The position numbers and the translations under genes are program-made. Below the pieces are notes generated by a model that worked only from the letters and a program-made list of their open reading frames with translations, was not told where the DNA came from and searched no databases. Positions 15,366 through 24,575 of a DNA stretch of 46,074 bases are shown here, in pieces; position 1 is the stretch's first letter, and each line of letters starts with the position of its first letter. This stretch comes from a virus (Duplodnaviria; Caudoviricetes). The DNA is taken from the IMG/VR virus record IMGVR_UViG_3300024222_000034, positions 1 to 46,074 of that record, one strand, 5' to 3'.

Positions 15366-17403
15366 TTAAATCCCCGTACACGTAAAACCCCGTAATAACA
15401 TCAGGGCTTGCACTGGATTGTGTTATGAATTCGATTCTGGCTTGCTCACCGCGCCAGCGCAGGGGATATTTATCAGCCTGTGCATAAGCACCTTCACCGA
15501 TAGCATTTATCCCAATAATAGCCGAACCTATCGCCCCTGTTGCTCCGGCAGAAACGACAATGCTGTCACGAGATAAACCATCCCATCCCGCAACAACGTT
15601 GATAGTATAGCCTATGTCTGGGGCAGATTCAAATATGGGTCGTATGTATTGGCCTTGCTTGACTCTGGGACTTGCCTGCGGTTCCTCCAAACGTAGCCAT
15701 GCAGTCATTAAATCGGTAGTTATAGGGCTTCCATCATCAGTAGCAGCAGAGGCATCCATAGAGTAAACTAACCCGCCAGCACCGCACGCCAGAAGGTCGC
15801 CATTCCTTCGAACAAAATAATGGTTCTGCTGCGCCCAAGGGCCAGAGAATAAATGCCAACTTTGCGAAAACTGTGTTAACTGGCCTGATTCGCTGTAGGA
15901 CGGATTTGTGTTGAGAACATAAATATTATCGGATATTTTCATCATCAGCCAAGAACGCCTTGGGTAGAAAGAGTATTGGATATTGTCTGTGTTGGCCCCT
16001 TGGATAAGGTTTATAACCGCAGAGCGGATAGGCAAGCTCAAATTAGTCTGTAAAGTCGTATTACTTACATTCGAGCCGATATTGATATTCTGCAAGCCTT
16101 CTTTAGTGATGTGCTGCAAATCCGTACCATTTGTCCCAAGCCCAAAACGGCCAGCAACACCGTTAGGATAAAACGAAACCGGCGTAAAATTCACGGTAGT
16201 AGAGCTGCTATCAGCTATAGGGGTAATGCCTTGGTAGATATAAAGGTTCTTCTGTCCAGCAGCTACGAAAAACTGCTGGAAGCTGCTCATGGCGAGGATA
16301 ATGTCACCAGTGGGCTGCTGTGTACCGAAACTGAAGCTAGTAGAATCTAAAGTCTGTTGGTAGGTTGTTACGTCCTGTGGGTCATCAGGAGCAGAAATTA
16401 CAATCCTTGTTTGGTTCCTTGAATCTAAATAATAAACCCGTCCATAATGTACGTGGATTTGCGAAGCAATAGGCATTGCAGATTTAAAGAACGCAAGGGC
16501 ATCGCCAGAGATTTGCCCCGTAATTGTTTGTAGTAGGTTAACATTCGCACTTACACTTCCTACAAGGGCGAGCGCTGAGCGGGTAGTGTTATAAACAATA
16601 TCGTTACGGCGGATTTCGGTGGTGGAGAAATCAACGCCAGACACGGCTATAACGGTGGTTGTTGTCCCCGACCCTGCCGTGGCGACATCTGTCGTCCCTC
16701 CAGCCCCGTCACTGAAGATTTCTAAATTAACATAATCCAGCAATTCATAGGCATCGCCGGAAGTCTGATTGAATGTAGTCTTTCCTGCCCCATTGCCAGC
16801 AGAACCTATTGCAGTAATTGTAAGTGCCGCAGAGGCTACAGTAGAAACAATCCCATAGCCATTTTGTGTTGCGTTATAGATAATATCGTTATTGGAAACT
16901 AAAGTTTGGCTTATCCAGTTGGAAATATTCCCATCTACAACATTGGTAGGGGTAGTACCTCCGGCCGTCTTTCCAGTGGTAATAATCGCCTTTAATTCAT
17001 TGAAAGTATTTCCGCCGTCTTTAGTGTAGAAATTCCTATCCACACCATTCACGAAGATAAGGAAATCCTCGGCTTGGGCGCTTATCATCCTCACCTGTGA
17101 TTTTCCAGTGAGGACGCTATCAAAATTATTTCCTGAAGTATTATACCTCCAGATATTGCCAAAATCATCGGAGGTGAAAAGGTTTACTGCTCCGGTAGTG
17201 CCGGTTGATTCATGCAACCGTGTAAGGGTGGGGTTGCCATTAATCCTAAGGCTGAAACGGCTCATACCGGGGCGGCGTTGTGCGCCTCCAGTTACGTTCC
17301 TGAAGCGATTTGTATAAACCTCAGCAAAGGTTAAAGGGCGTTCTGATTGTGAAAAATCAGTACCCAAACCCTGCGTTGGCATTTTATATTCAAAATAATC
17401 CAT
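15352..17403 (-). CDS. Tail nozzle / head-closure protein (P22 gp10- / T7 gp12-like beta-propeller)
   Basis: N.R...GG..RRPG N-terminus, beta-rich, 683 aa, follows the adaptor. Confidence 0.75.
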   Translation of the reverse strand: MDYFEYKMPTQGLGTDFSQSERPLTFAEVYTNRFRNVTGGAQRRPGMSRFSLRINGNPTLTRLHESTGTTGAVNLFTSDDFGNIWRYNTSGNNFDSVLTGKSQVRMISAQAEDFLIFVNGVDRNFYTKDGGNTFNELKAIITTGKTAGGTTPTNVVDGNISNWISQTLVSNNDIIYNATQNGYGIVSTVASAALTITAIGSAGNGAGKTTFNQTSGDAYELLDYVNLEIFSDGAGGTTDVATAGSGTTTTVIAVSGVDFSTTEIRRNDIVYNTTRSALALVGSVSANVNLLQTITGQISGDALAFFKSAMPIASQIHVHYGRVYYLDSRNQTRIVISAPDDPQDVTTYQQTLDSTSFSFGTQQPTGDIILAMSSFQQFFVAAGQKNLYIYQGITPIADSSSTTVNFTPVSFYPNGVAGRFGLGTNGTDLQHITKEGLQNINIGSNVSNTTLQTNLSLPIRSAVINLIQGANTDNIQYSFYPRRSWLMMKISDNIYVLNTNPSYSESGQLTQFSQSWHLFSGPWAQQNHYFVRRNGDLLACGAGGLVYSMDASAATDDGSPITTDLMTAWLRLEEPQASPRVKQGQYIRPIFESAPDIGYTINVVAGWDGLSRDSIVVSAGATGAIGSAIIGINAIGEGAYAQADKYPLRWRGEQARIEFITQSSASPDVITGFYVYGDLNGVR

Positions 17404-18098
17404 TATCTCCTATGCGACATTGACGGGGTGAACGCTATATCCCAACCCGTATCACCGTTAAACCTGTTCAATGCCTCCTTTCTTGCTGAAAGATACTCTT
17501 GCTGCATAGACTGGTACTTAGGAGTTGGAGTGCCGCCGGATTCATTAAGTATTGCCCTCGCTAGAGTCCCAAGGACAACCACACGCGCAGGGAAAGGGAT
17601 GACTGTAGCCGCGTCTGAAGTGGTATAAAGCGGAGTCCTTACATAATAGACTAGAGAGAATATACCACCATCTTCCGCTTGGGCAGGAGTAGGTCTTACC
17701 CTTATCACAGGGTTTGCATTAGAATCCGTGCCATATACAGCAAATTGTGAAGGTGTCCCAGTGATGGTCACACGGGTTAAAATCCGCATTTCATCTATAG
17801 TTATATTTCTTAATGGCCCGCGCCTTTGCGAAAAGTATACATCCCCGATATTTTTTATATTCGCACTTGTAACAACGGAATAATCAATCTTCCCAGAAAC
17901 ACAGGTAACGTTAGAGGAAACAAACATTTCCTGCCAATTACCAAAGTCTGAAAGGTCGTTGCAAGTATCGTTTATGAAGTCAATGGTCTGGATAGTAAGC
18001 TTGTTGGCAGACAAACTGCTCACCGTAGCAAGCCCAAGCTTCCTAAAGACTTCGTTGACTGTTTGGAGGACAGTATATCTTACGTCACCTACACCCAT
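17403..18098 (-). CDS. Head-tail adaptor protein
   Basis: T.LQ.VNEV.R.LG...V.S...; G.P..F.......RV.PTP; P...VV.G.LA.A. Confidence 0.75.
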   Translation of the reverse strand: MGVGDVRYTVLQTVNEVFRKLGLATVSSLSANKLTIQTIDFINDTCNDLSDFGNWQEMFVSSNVTCVSGKIDYSVVTSANIKNIGDVYFSQRRGPLRNITIDEMRILTRVTITGTPSQFAVYGTDSNANPVIRVRPTPAQAEDGGIFSLVYYVRTPLYTTSDAATVIPFPARVVVLGTLARAILNESGGTPTPKYQSMQQEYLSARKEALNRFNGDTGWDIAFTPSMSHRR

Positions 18099-18101
18099 AA
18101 A

Positions 18102-21100
18102 TTATCCTATACTAAAGAAGCTTCCTACTGCGTATGAACTCGCTGCAATGTGGATGATTTGGTACATCGTTTGCGGGTTTAATATATATACACCATTTGT
18201 TGCTAAAGCGTTAATCTTGCCACCAGATGGAGGCCAGAGGTTGGCAGAAACCGCATTTTCGTAGTTTAAATATTGAATCCATCCTGCTTGATTTGCTGGT
18301 ATCGCAAAACCTGTCGTGGCTCCATCTGTTACTCCTTGCCCGCGATTGATATAACCAGTGAGAACTGCTGCCGTTCCCTGTGTTGTACCGGCTGCTGAGA
18401 TAATAACTGGAGTCGCTCCATAAAGCCCATTGGTAGACCTTACCGCAGAAGCATAAACCGTACCTGTCGCCGCTGAAACATCACCTGTTAAACTTAGACT
18501 CACGCCACTGACTATTCCTGAAAATGAAGCCGTATTTCCAGTGAGTAAGGAAGTTATGGTGGCCGCTGAGGCGGTCATTCTTCCTGTTGCCGCTTTCATA
18601 TCTCCGGTAAGATTTACGGAAGCGGCGCTTACAATGCCTGAGAAACTTGCTGCCGCTCCCGTAAAGTTTCCTGAGTCTCCAGATACGACAGCGGCTCTTG
18701 CTCCTGCTATTAAATTAGCCGCCGTGTTAATATCACCCGCCGCACTAACAACTCCCGTAAGATGAATGGAAGCCGCAGTAACCGCCGTTGCTATATTAAG
18801 TGCATTAGCGGAAACCATACCGCTAAATGAAGCGGTGCTGCCGGTCAATAGAGAGGTAATAGTCGCGGCGCTACAAGTAATACGGCCTGCCGTAGCAGTT
18901 AAATCTCCCGTTAGATTTAGATTGGCCGCACTTACCATATTAGCAAACGAAGCAGCAGAGGCCACTACCTTGCCAGTGGCGGCAGAAACGTCTCCGGTTA
19001 CGTTCAATGAACCGGCCGAAACTACGCCAACAAAATTAGCACCAGTTGGATTAAATCTTACCGTTTCAGCGGTGGTAGTAGTCCCCGCCGATGTGGTGCT
19101 GAAAGCAAAATAAGCGCCTTGTGCCGTGTCTGTCCAATCTTCAGCGGCTACTAGTTTAATAATCGCCCTATTTGCTGCTGCATATCCTGTCGCCCCGTAA
19201 CCTCTTCCTCCTATCGTACCTAAGAGGTCATCTGCTGAAACTTTCACCGGCGAAGCCGCCGTGCCGTCTGCGCGTCTAAAAATAATCGAACTGGTCGCCC
19301 CGAAAGCATCAGTTTGGATAAGAGCTGTACTAGCGTCAGCAGCCGCCATGTGAATAACACAACCACCAGCGGTTACTTCGCCTGGTAAGTGATTGCCGGT
19401 GGTGTTATTAATTACTAATCCTGCTGATGTAGAAGCTGTCGCATTGAATCCTCCAGCCGAAACAACCGCTGTACCAAGCCCAAGTGACCCAGTTACAGTG
19501 ATATTATTTGCGGATAATGTCCCGCTGATATTCATATTATTGCCGCTGACAAGGCCGCTAAAGCTTGCTGTATTGCCAGTTAAGAGAGAGGTAACCGTCA
19601 TTGCAGATGCAATAACGCGGCCTGTGGCCGCCGCCATATCTCCAGTAAGATTAAGGCTTGCTCCGCTCACTATTCCAGAGAAGGAGGCAGTATTGCCGGT
19701 AAGCAGTGAAGTTATCGTCGCAGCCGATGCGGTTAAGCGACCAGTTGCGACCTTAGCATCGCCTGTAACATTCAGTGAAGCCGCGCTGACTATCCCGCTA
19801 AAACTACCAGCGGCACCCGTAAAGTTTCCACTATCGCCTGAAATAACCGCTGTTCTCGCCCCAGCTACGAGATTTGCCGCCGTATTAATGTCGCCTACAG
19901 CACTGACAGCGCCAGTTAAATGGATTGAAGCGGCTGTGACTGTGGTAGTTATATTTAAAGCATTAGCCGAGACCGTACCGCTAAAATTAGCCGCGCTTGC
20001 CGTTACTCTTCCTGTAGCAGCAAGAATATCACCAGTTACATTAAGCCCACCCGCTGAAACAATAGCAGAACCTAATAATAATGAACCACCGACGTTAATG
20101 TTATTAGCCGATAAAACACCTGATATATTGACATTATTAGCACTCAGCATATTAGCAAAAGATGCGGAAGAGCCTATAACCTTACCTGTCGAGGCCGATA
20201 CATCACCTGTAACATTCAAAGAGGCCGCAGAAACAACCCCGGTAGTGCTTATTCCTAACGAGCCAATGCTAAAAGATTCTGCATTGGTTATTGAGCCTGC
20301 GGAAGTCACAGAGAAGGCTATTCTTGTTCCCTGCGCCGTGTCTGTCCAGTCTTGTGTGGTTTTTATGGTTATTTGAGCACGCGCGGTCGAAGAATATCCG
20401 GTTGCTCCATAACCCCTTGCTCCGATAACGCCTATTGAATCACCCGATACCAGAGCCGAAACAGCAGCAGCAGTATTGTTCGCTCTGCGGAAGGTTAGGT
20501 TACCGCTATTGGCGAAGCTATCGGTTTGAAAGAATGCAGCAACTCCATCAGCGGCCGCCAATTGCACAACCGCGCCATTTTGTACAGCAGCAGGAAGATG
20601 ATTACCTGTGGTCTGGTCTATAATAACTGCCGCTGAAGCATAGGTTCCATTTAAGAGTAAAGCAGTAGATTTAGAACCAGCATCCCATATTCCATAGGTT
20701 CCATTAGCAATAATCTTTACACCGATATCACAAGTAAGAGAAACAGCGCTTACAGGGTCATTATTGCCGACAAAAAGACCATGTTTATAATAACCCAATG
20801 CTGGGTCTGCTCCCATCTGTATACCATACCAGCATTGCGAAGCCGCAGAAGATACTCCTCCGAATGGAGTACCGCTTATAATCCATATCCCCCTGCGATT
20901 CTGATTGACTGTATTTGTTCCATTAGCAAAACAATCAACTTCTAATCCGGTTAAATAACCCGCATTATCTGTTACGGTGTAATCAGCAGCTTCAGAAACA
21001 CCGCCCCATACCGGGCCTGTGCCAGATTGTCTCCAAGCCTGCCCGTATACACCAGTATTCTGTCCGGCCCCATTACTTCTTACCGCTCCTGTTATTGCCC

Positions 21101-21797
21101 ATTCGTTACCATCAGCTCCTGAGGCAACGGTTGTAGTTACATTTAAACCATTATTCACCCATGTAGCAGGAGACGGTGCCCCTAAATAGTTGGCGGTTCT
21201 AGCTATACTAATCGTACTGCCATAAGCATGGCCACTCGTACTAGCTTGATTAAATAGAATGACGTCTTTAGCGGTGTATCTAAATTTAAATTGTCTTGCA
21301 CTTGTATCCGCGCCGATAGTCACAGCACTAACTAAAAGCGGTAACGCAGAATCAACTATTGTATCACCACTCGTGCCAGAAAATATCGCTATTCCACCAA
21401 TTGTAGAAGAAGTATTGGTAGTTATTACCACAGGATTGCCGGAAACAAGTAGTGAATTAACAGACAGGCTATTGGCCGAAATTGTTACAGCGTTGATAAT
21501 CTGAGCGCTTAAAATACCTCCGAATTGTCCGCCATTGGGAGCATTTACGTTACCACTAACGAAAGTAACGCCGCCAGTAATTAAATTATCCGCTGAGAAA
21601 GTCCCGGTAACGTGCATATCCGTTGCACAAACCCTTGTAGCGATAATTTTAGGAGATTGGAAATTAGATAAAATTACCTGCGCGGAAGTATCCGCCATAT
21701 TCAGGCATGAATCTATGAAATTAGCGTAATCCGTTCCTGTCGGTATATCACCAGTTTCAAAGAATGTTTTGAGGGTAGTCCTGTCATAAACTGTCAT
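18102..21797 (-). CDS. Long fibre protein 1 (1231 aa, S/T/A/G-rich, internal ~400-aa duplication)
   Basis: Anchor motif LKTFFETGDIPT..DYANFIDS; repeated VSAxxLNxTGD units; C-terminal domain shared with fibre 2. Confidence 0.85.
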   Translation of the reverse strand: MTVYDRTTLKTFFETGDIPTGTDYANFIDSCLNMADTSAQVILSNFQSPKIIATRVCATDMHVTGTFSADNLITGGVTFVSGNVNAPNGGQFGGILSAQIINAVTISANSLSVNSLLVSGNPVVITTNTSSTIGGIAIFSGTSGDTIVDSALPLLVSAVTIGADTSARQFKFRYTAKDVILFNQASTSGHAYGSTISIARTANYLGAPSPATWVNNGLNVTTTVASGADGNEWAITGAVRSNGAGQNTGVYGQAWRQSGTGPVWGGVSEAADYTVTDNAGYLTGLEVDCFANGTNTVNQNRRGIWIISGTPFGGVSSAASQCWYGIQMGADPALGYYKHGLFVGNNDPVSAVSLTCDIGVKIIANGTYGIWDAGSKSTALLLNGTYASAAVIIDQTTGNHLPAAVQNGAVVQLAAADGVAAFFQTDSFANSGNLTFRRANNTAAAVSALVSGDSIGVIGARGYGATGYSSTARAQITIKTTQDWTDTAQGTRIAFSVTSAGSITNAESFSIGSLGISTTGVVSAASLNVTGDVSASTGKVIGSSASFANMLSANNVNISGVLSANNINVGGSLLLGSAIVSAGGLNVTGDILAATGRVTASAANFSGTVSANALNITTTVTAASIHLTGAVSAVGDINTAANLVAGARTAVISGDSGNFTGAAGSFSGIVSAASLNVTGDAKVATGRLTASAATITSLLTGNTASFSGIVSGASLNLTGDMAAATGRVIASAMTVTSLLTGNTASFSGLVSGNNMNISGTLSANNITVTGSLGLGTAVVSAGGFNATASTSAGLVINNTTGNHLPGEVTAGGCVIHMAAADASTALIQTDAFGATSSIIFRRADGTAASPVKVSADDLLGTIGGRGYGATGYAAANRAIIKLVAAEDWTDTAQGAYFAFSTTSAGTTTTAETVRFNPTGANFVGVVSAGSLNVTGDVSAATGKVVASAASFANMVSAANLNLTGDLTATAGRITCSAATITSLLTGSTASFSGMVSANALNIATAVTAASIHLTGVVSAAGDINTAANLIAGARAAVVSGDSGNFTGAAASFSGIVSAASVNLTGDMKAATGRMTASAATITSLLTGNTASFSGIVSGVSLSLTGDVSAATGTVYASAVRSTNGLYGATPVIISAAGTTQGTAAVLTGYINRGQGVTDGATTGFAIPANQAGWIQYLNYENAVSANLWPPSGGKINALATNGVYILNPQTMYQIIHIAASSYAVGSFFSIG
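18480..20630 (-). repeat. Diverged tandem duplication inside fibre 1 (period ~1.2 kb)
   Basis: TTGNHLP...RGYGATGY...DWTDTAQG...ASIHLTG.VSA.GDINTAANL.AGAR.AV.SGDSGNFTGAA occurs twice (TGNHL at ~20600 and ~19390). Confidence 0.9.
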
Positions 21798-21806
21798 GAT
21801 TACCTC

Positions 21807-22535
21807 CTATTTTACGTAATAAGCACTAGCGGTTATAGGAATAACGGTATACATGGTATTGGCGGCGAGACCGAAAGCAGCATTGGCTCCCAAAGCATTT
21901 ATCGTCCCACCAGTGGGCGGCCAGAGGTTAGCACTGGCCGCAGTTTGGTTTATTACATAAATAGGGATATTGGCTATATTAGATTGTATTAAAAATCCTG
22001 TCGCGCTACCATCCGTCACGCCTTGGCAACGGTTTATGATTGATGTGAGTTTAGTAGCCGCGCCTTGGGTAGTACCGGCTGCTGAAACTATCGCATTTCC
22101 TAATTGAACGCCATTCGTAGCGGCAAGACCTCCAGCTGATACAATCCCCGTGAACACAGCAGTAGAAGCAGTTATCCTATCAGCGGTAATGCCTCCTGTT
22201 AGATTTAAGGTTGCAGCACTTATATTATTAAGTACAAGTAATGAAGAAACAGTAACAAGACCGCTAAAGTTAGCATTTCCGCTTACTATTGTGTTTCCAC
22301 TGACATTAAGACTTCCAACACTAAGGGTAGATATGCCAAAAGTACCCACATTAAGATTTGTAGCGCTTACCAGTGTTGCTGTTACAGATGGTGTGATTAA
22401 AGCCCCAGCCATAGACTGGTCTGCTGTTTCCACAAGGTTCACATAAGAATCTATGAAATTGGCATAGTCAGCCCCACCGGGGACATCGCCATCCTCGAAA
22501 AACGTCTTAAGGGTAGTTTTATTATAAGTTGTCAT
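21807..22535 (-). CDS. Short fibre protein 2 (paralogue of fibre 1 N- and C-termini)
   Basis: LKTFFEDGDVPG..DYANFIDS and SAAGTTQG...SANLWPP.GG.INAL. Confidence 0.85.
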   Translation of the reverse strand: MTTYNKTTLKTFFEDGDVPGGADYANFIDSYVNLVETADQSMAGALITPSVTATLVSATNLNVGTFGISTLSVGSLNVSGNTIVSGNANFSGLVTVSSLLVLNNISAATLNLTGGITADRITASTAVFTGIVSAGGLAATNGVQLGNAIVSAAGTTQGAATKLTSIINRCQGVTDGSATGFLIQSNIANIPIYVINQTAASANLWPPTGGTINALGANAAFGLAANTMYTVIPITASAYYVK

Positions 22536-22883
22536 TTATTTTACGACCATTGTACATCCCACGCTCATGTCAGGTATGGCAGGATTGAGGTTTAAAATAG
22601 GAAAAGCAGGATTATCTTGGCTAGTGGGAACAGTAGTCAGTCCGACAAACTCAGGGGCTAATTCAGACACACAAACCGGGACATACTCGTAAGCAGGGCC
22701 ACGGAAATCTTTTACTGGCTCTGGGTCATTTAATGGGGAAGCGATTTCTTGAAGGTTTCTTTTTAGGGGACGGGTAGTTAGTGCGCCCCAATAATCTTTC
22801 TGCACCTTGCTGGCGTAGGTAGTCCAACCGAAATAATCATCGGTGATTAAGTAATCGCCTTTTCTCCCTGCTCTACGTGCCAT
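22536..22883 (-). CDS. Conserved phage morphogenesis-region protein (Cys-less version of a usually Zn-binding family)
   Basis: GDY...DDYFG.....K.QK.YWG......RN.QE......DP.PV...R. Confidence 0.55.
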   Translation of the reverse strand: MARRAGRKGDYLITDDYFGWTTYASKVQKDYWGALTTRPLKRNLQEIASPLNDPEPVKDFRGPAYEYVPVCVSELAPEFVGLTTVPTSQDNPAFPILNLNPAIPDMSVGCTMVVK

Positions 22884-22887
22884 AACA

Positions 22888-23061
22888 TTACTTTAACCCC
22901 CTTAACGTCATTGCAAGGTTAGCGCGTTTAGCTAGTTTTCCACCTTTGGCAGCAGCGGCTTTCAATGTTCCCATAGGAATTTTTTGGCCTTGGGGAATCC
23001 CAAGTTCGGCATGAAGTGCACCTTTCTTCATTCCGCTGGCCTGTATCCATTTTTTTGCCAT
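22888..23061 (-). CDS. Small basic phage protein (57 aa)
   Basis: MAKKWIQASGMKKGALHAELGIPQGQKIP..L.AAA.KGGKL.KRANLAMTL; family seen in podovirus structural modules; absent from ORF track. Confidence 0.8.
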   Translation of the reverse strand: MAKKWIQASGMKKGALHAELGIPQGQKIPMGTLKAAAAKGGKLAKRANLAMTLRGLK

Positions 23062-23062
23062 A

Positions 23063-23200
23063 TTAACGTCCTTGCGGCCTGTAATTCATTCTTTTATTGA
23101 CCATAGGAGCCTTCTTTGTAGGCGAAGGAGTCCATGTATTCGGCCTACGCTTTGCTTTATCTGGTGTGATACCCTTGGAACCTGTTTTTACTTGCTTCAT
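23063..23200 (-). CDS. Small basic protein (45 aa)
   Basis: AGGAGGT SD; MKQVKTGSKGITPDKAKRRPNTW... Confidence 0.65.
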   Translation of the reverse strand: MKQVKTGSKGITPDKAKRRPNTWTPSPTKKAPMVNKRMNYRPQGR

Positions 23201-23209
23201 ATAACCTCC

Positions 23210-23734
23210 TTAGACTTGTAAACGGATTGCAACAATGGATGCTTCAGACACATCAAGGCTTCCTGCGGCAGGGACAGTCCCGATGCTACTAAACAAAGAA
23301 ATAGAATCATTGGTATTTGTGGTGGCATAGATAGCCGCTATGGTCTGGTCAGAACATAATCCGGTAATGGTAGTGATAATGCTGGAAGTAACCGTTGCCG
23401 AGGCATTGGCGAGGTCAGCGGCGGTATTATTAGTGCGCCTTAATTTACTGGTAATAGTTTGGTTTGCGGCGAAAGTAGCGCCGTTATAAAGGAGCTTGAA
23501 CCTTGCAATGATTAAATACGCCCCGGCGGCAGTTATGGTAAGTGCTGGACTTGTCGTACCGAATGTTACAGCAGCGGCAGAGTTGGTAAGGCTATATGCA
23601 GTACCAGCCGCATAAACAGATAAAGGATTAGAGGTTATAGCGCCCCCATTAGCAGACGGTAATACCCCCGTGACATTCGTCAGGTCTGCCGCACCAGTCA
23701 AGGTAATGCCGCTTACTGCGCTTATGCCGCTCAC
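23210..23734 (-). CDS. Virion surface protein with BclA/C1q-like beta-sandwich
   Basis: VTGVLP.ANGG linker; LTITAAGAYLI.A; S/T/A-rich. Confidence 0.6.
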   Translation of the reverse strand: MSGISAVSGITLTGAADLTNVTGVLPSANGGAITSNPLSVYAAGTAYSLTNSAAAVTFGTTSPALTITAAGAYLIIARFKLLYNGATFAANQTITSKLRRTNNTAADLANASATVTSSIITTITGLCSDQTIAAIYATTNTNDSISLFSSIGTVPAAGSLDVSEASIVAIRLQV

Positions 23735-24072
23735 ATTGCCCCCATCGGTATGATGGTTAAGGTTAGGGGATTACCAGCAGAACATTTGGCTGAAACACTC
23801 ACCCTAGCAGCGGCAGGGGCAAATGCGAAGTTTGTAGAACGATTAGTCGAGGCATTTACCAGCAGCGCATCAGTGGAATTAAACCATACCCCGGATACGT
23901 TATAGCTATTGGAATAGTTAGCAAACGGGTCGTCAAGGCTATATTGGAGGGTATACTGTATACCCGCCGTAGGCATCGTACAGGCCACGGCATAGCCGTT
24001 TACATAGCGGTCTAGGGGGATTGGAGAGCTGTTACCTGAGGTGGTAACTACTAATACCTGTGGTCGCATCAT
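23731..24072 (-). CDS. Virion structural protein
   Basis: S.PIPLD.Y...YT.QY.LDDP...WF...FAP.A.RV, typical downstream of MCP. Confidence 0.7.
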   Translation of the reverse strand: MMRPQVLVVTTSGNSSPIPLDRYVNGYAVACTMPTAGIQYTLQYSLDDPFANYSNSYNVSGVWFNSTDALLVNASTNRSTNFAFAPAAARVSVSAKCSAGNPLTLTIIPMGAM

Positions 24073-24084
24073 GGCGTAGTCCTC

Positions 24085-24552
24085 CTACGCCGTTATACCA
24101 AGGGTATTTGAATCGGCGCGGCTAAAAGTTAATTCAATCTGGTAATCTGAACCTGTAGAGTCAGTACCAGCCAATAAAGTTACGGAATAAGAAAGTTCAG
24201 CAGAAGCGGCCCCGACTACCACTGCACAGGCAGACGCAATGGGCGTATAGGTAGCAAGGCCTGTGGTTGTTTGGCGTGCGATACCAGCAGCAGAACCAAA
24301 GGATGTCCATGTCAGAAGATTCGTTCCGGCGGCCGAAACAGTAATTTTATCAGAAACCGTGGCAGAGGCATTAAGGAGAATATATAATTTACTATCAAGA
24401 TTCATTGTCCCGACAGGGAATGTCCCAGTTTGAGTCCCGCTCGTTCCGCCCGTAAAACGATGCGTCTTACAAAGCTTAACTGGGCTTCTGCTTGCCAAAG
24501 CGGAAGTCACCGCGTTATTCCCGCTATAGATATTATCAGAATATCTTGTCAT
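24085..24552 (-). CDS. Capsid decoration protein (putative)
   Basis: Directly after MCP; beta-rich, S/T/A-rich. Confidence 0.6.
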   Translation of the reverse strand: MTRYSDNIYSGNNAVTSALASRSPVKLCKTHRFTGGTSGTQTGTFPVGTMNLDSKLYILLNASATVSDKITVSAAGTNLLTWTSFGSAAGIARQTTTGLATYTPIASACAVVVGAASAELSYSVTLLAGTDSTGSDYQIELTFSRADSNTLGITA

Positions 24553-24575
24553 GATTTATCCTTAAATATCAATTA

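Noticed and set aside
18541-20376. Long + strand ORFs (327 aa, 115 aa, 74 aa) opposite fibre 1, and similar ones opposite the MCP, ejection and portal genes
   Set aside because: Antisense shadows of Ala/Thr/Gly/Ser-rich coding sequence; no SD or recognisable motifs
18102-22535. Diversity-generating retroelement or shufflon acting on the duplicated fibre C-termini
   Set aside because: No reverse transcriptase or site-specific recombinase; copies differ at all base types, not only adenines
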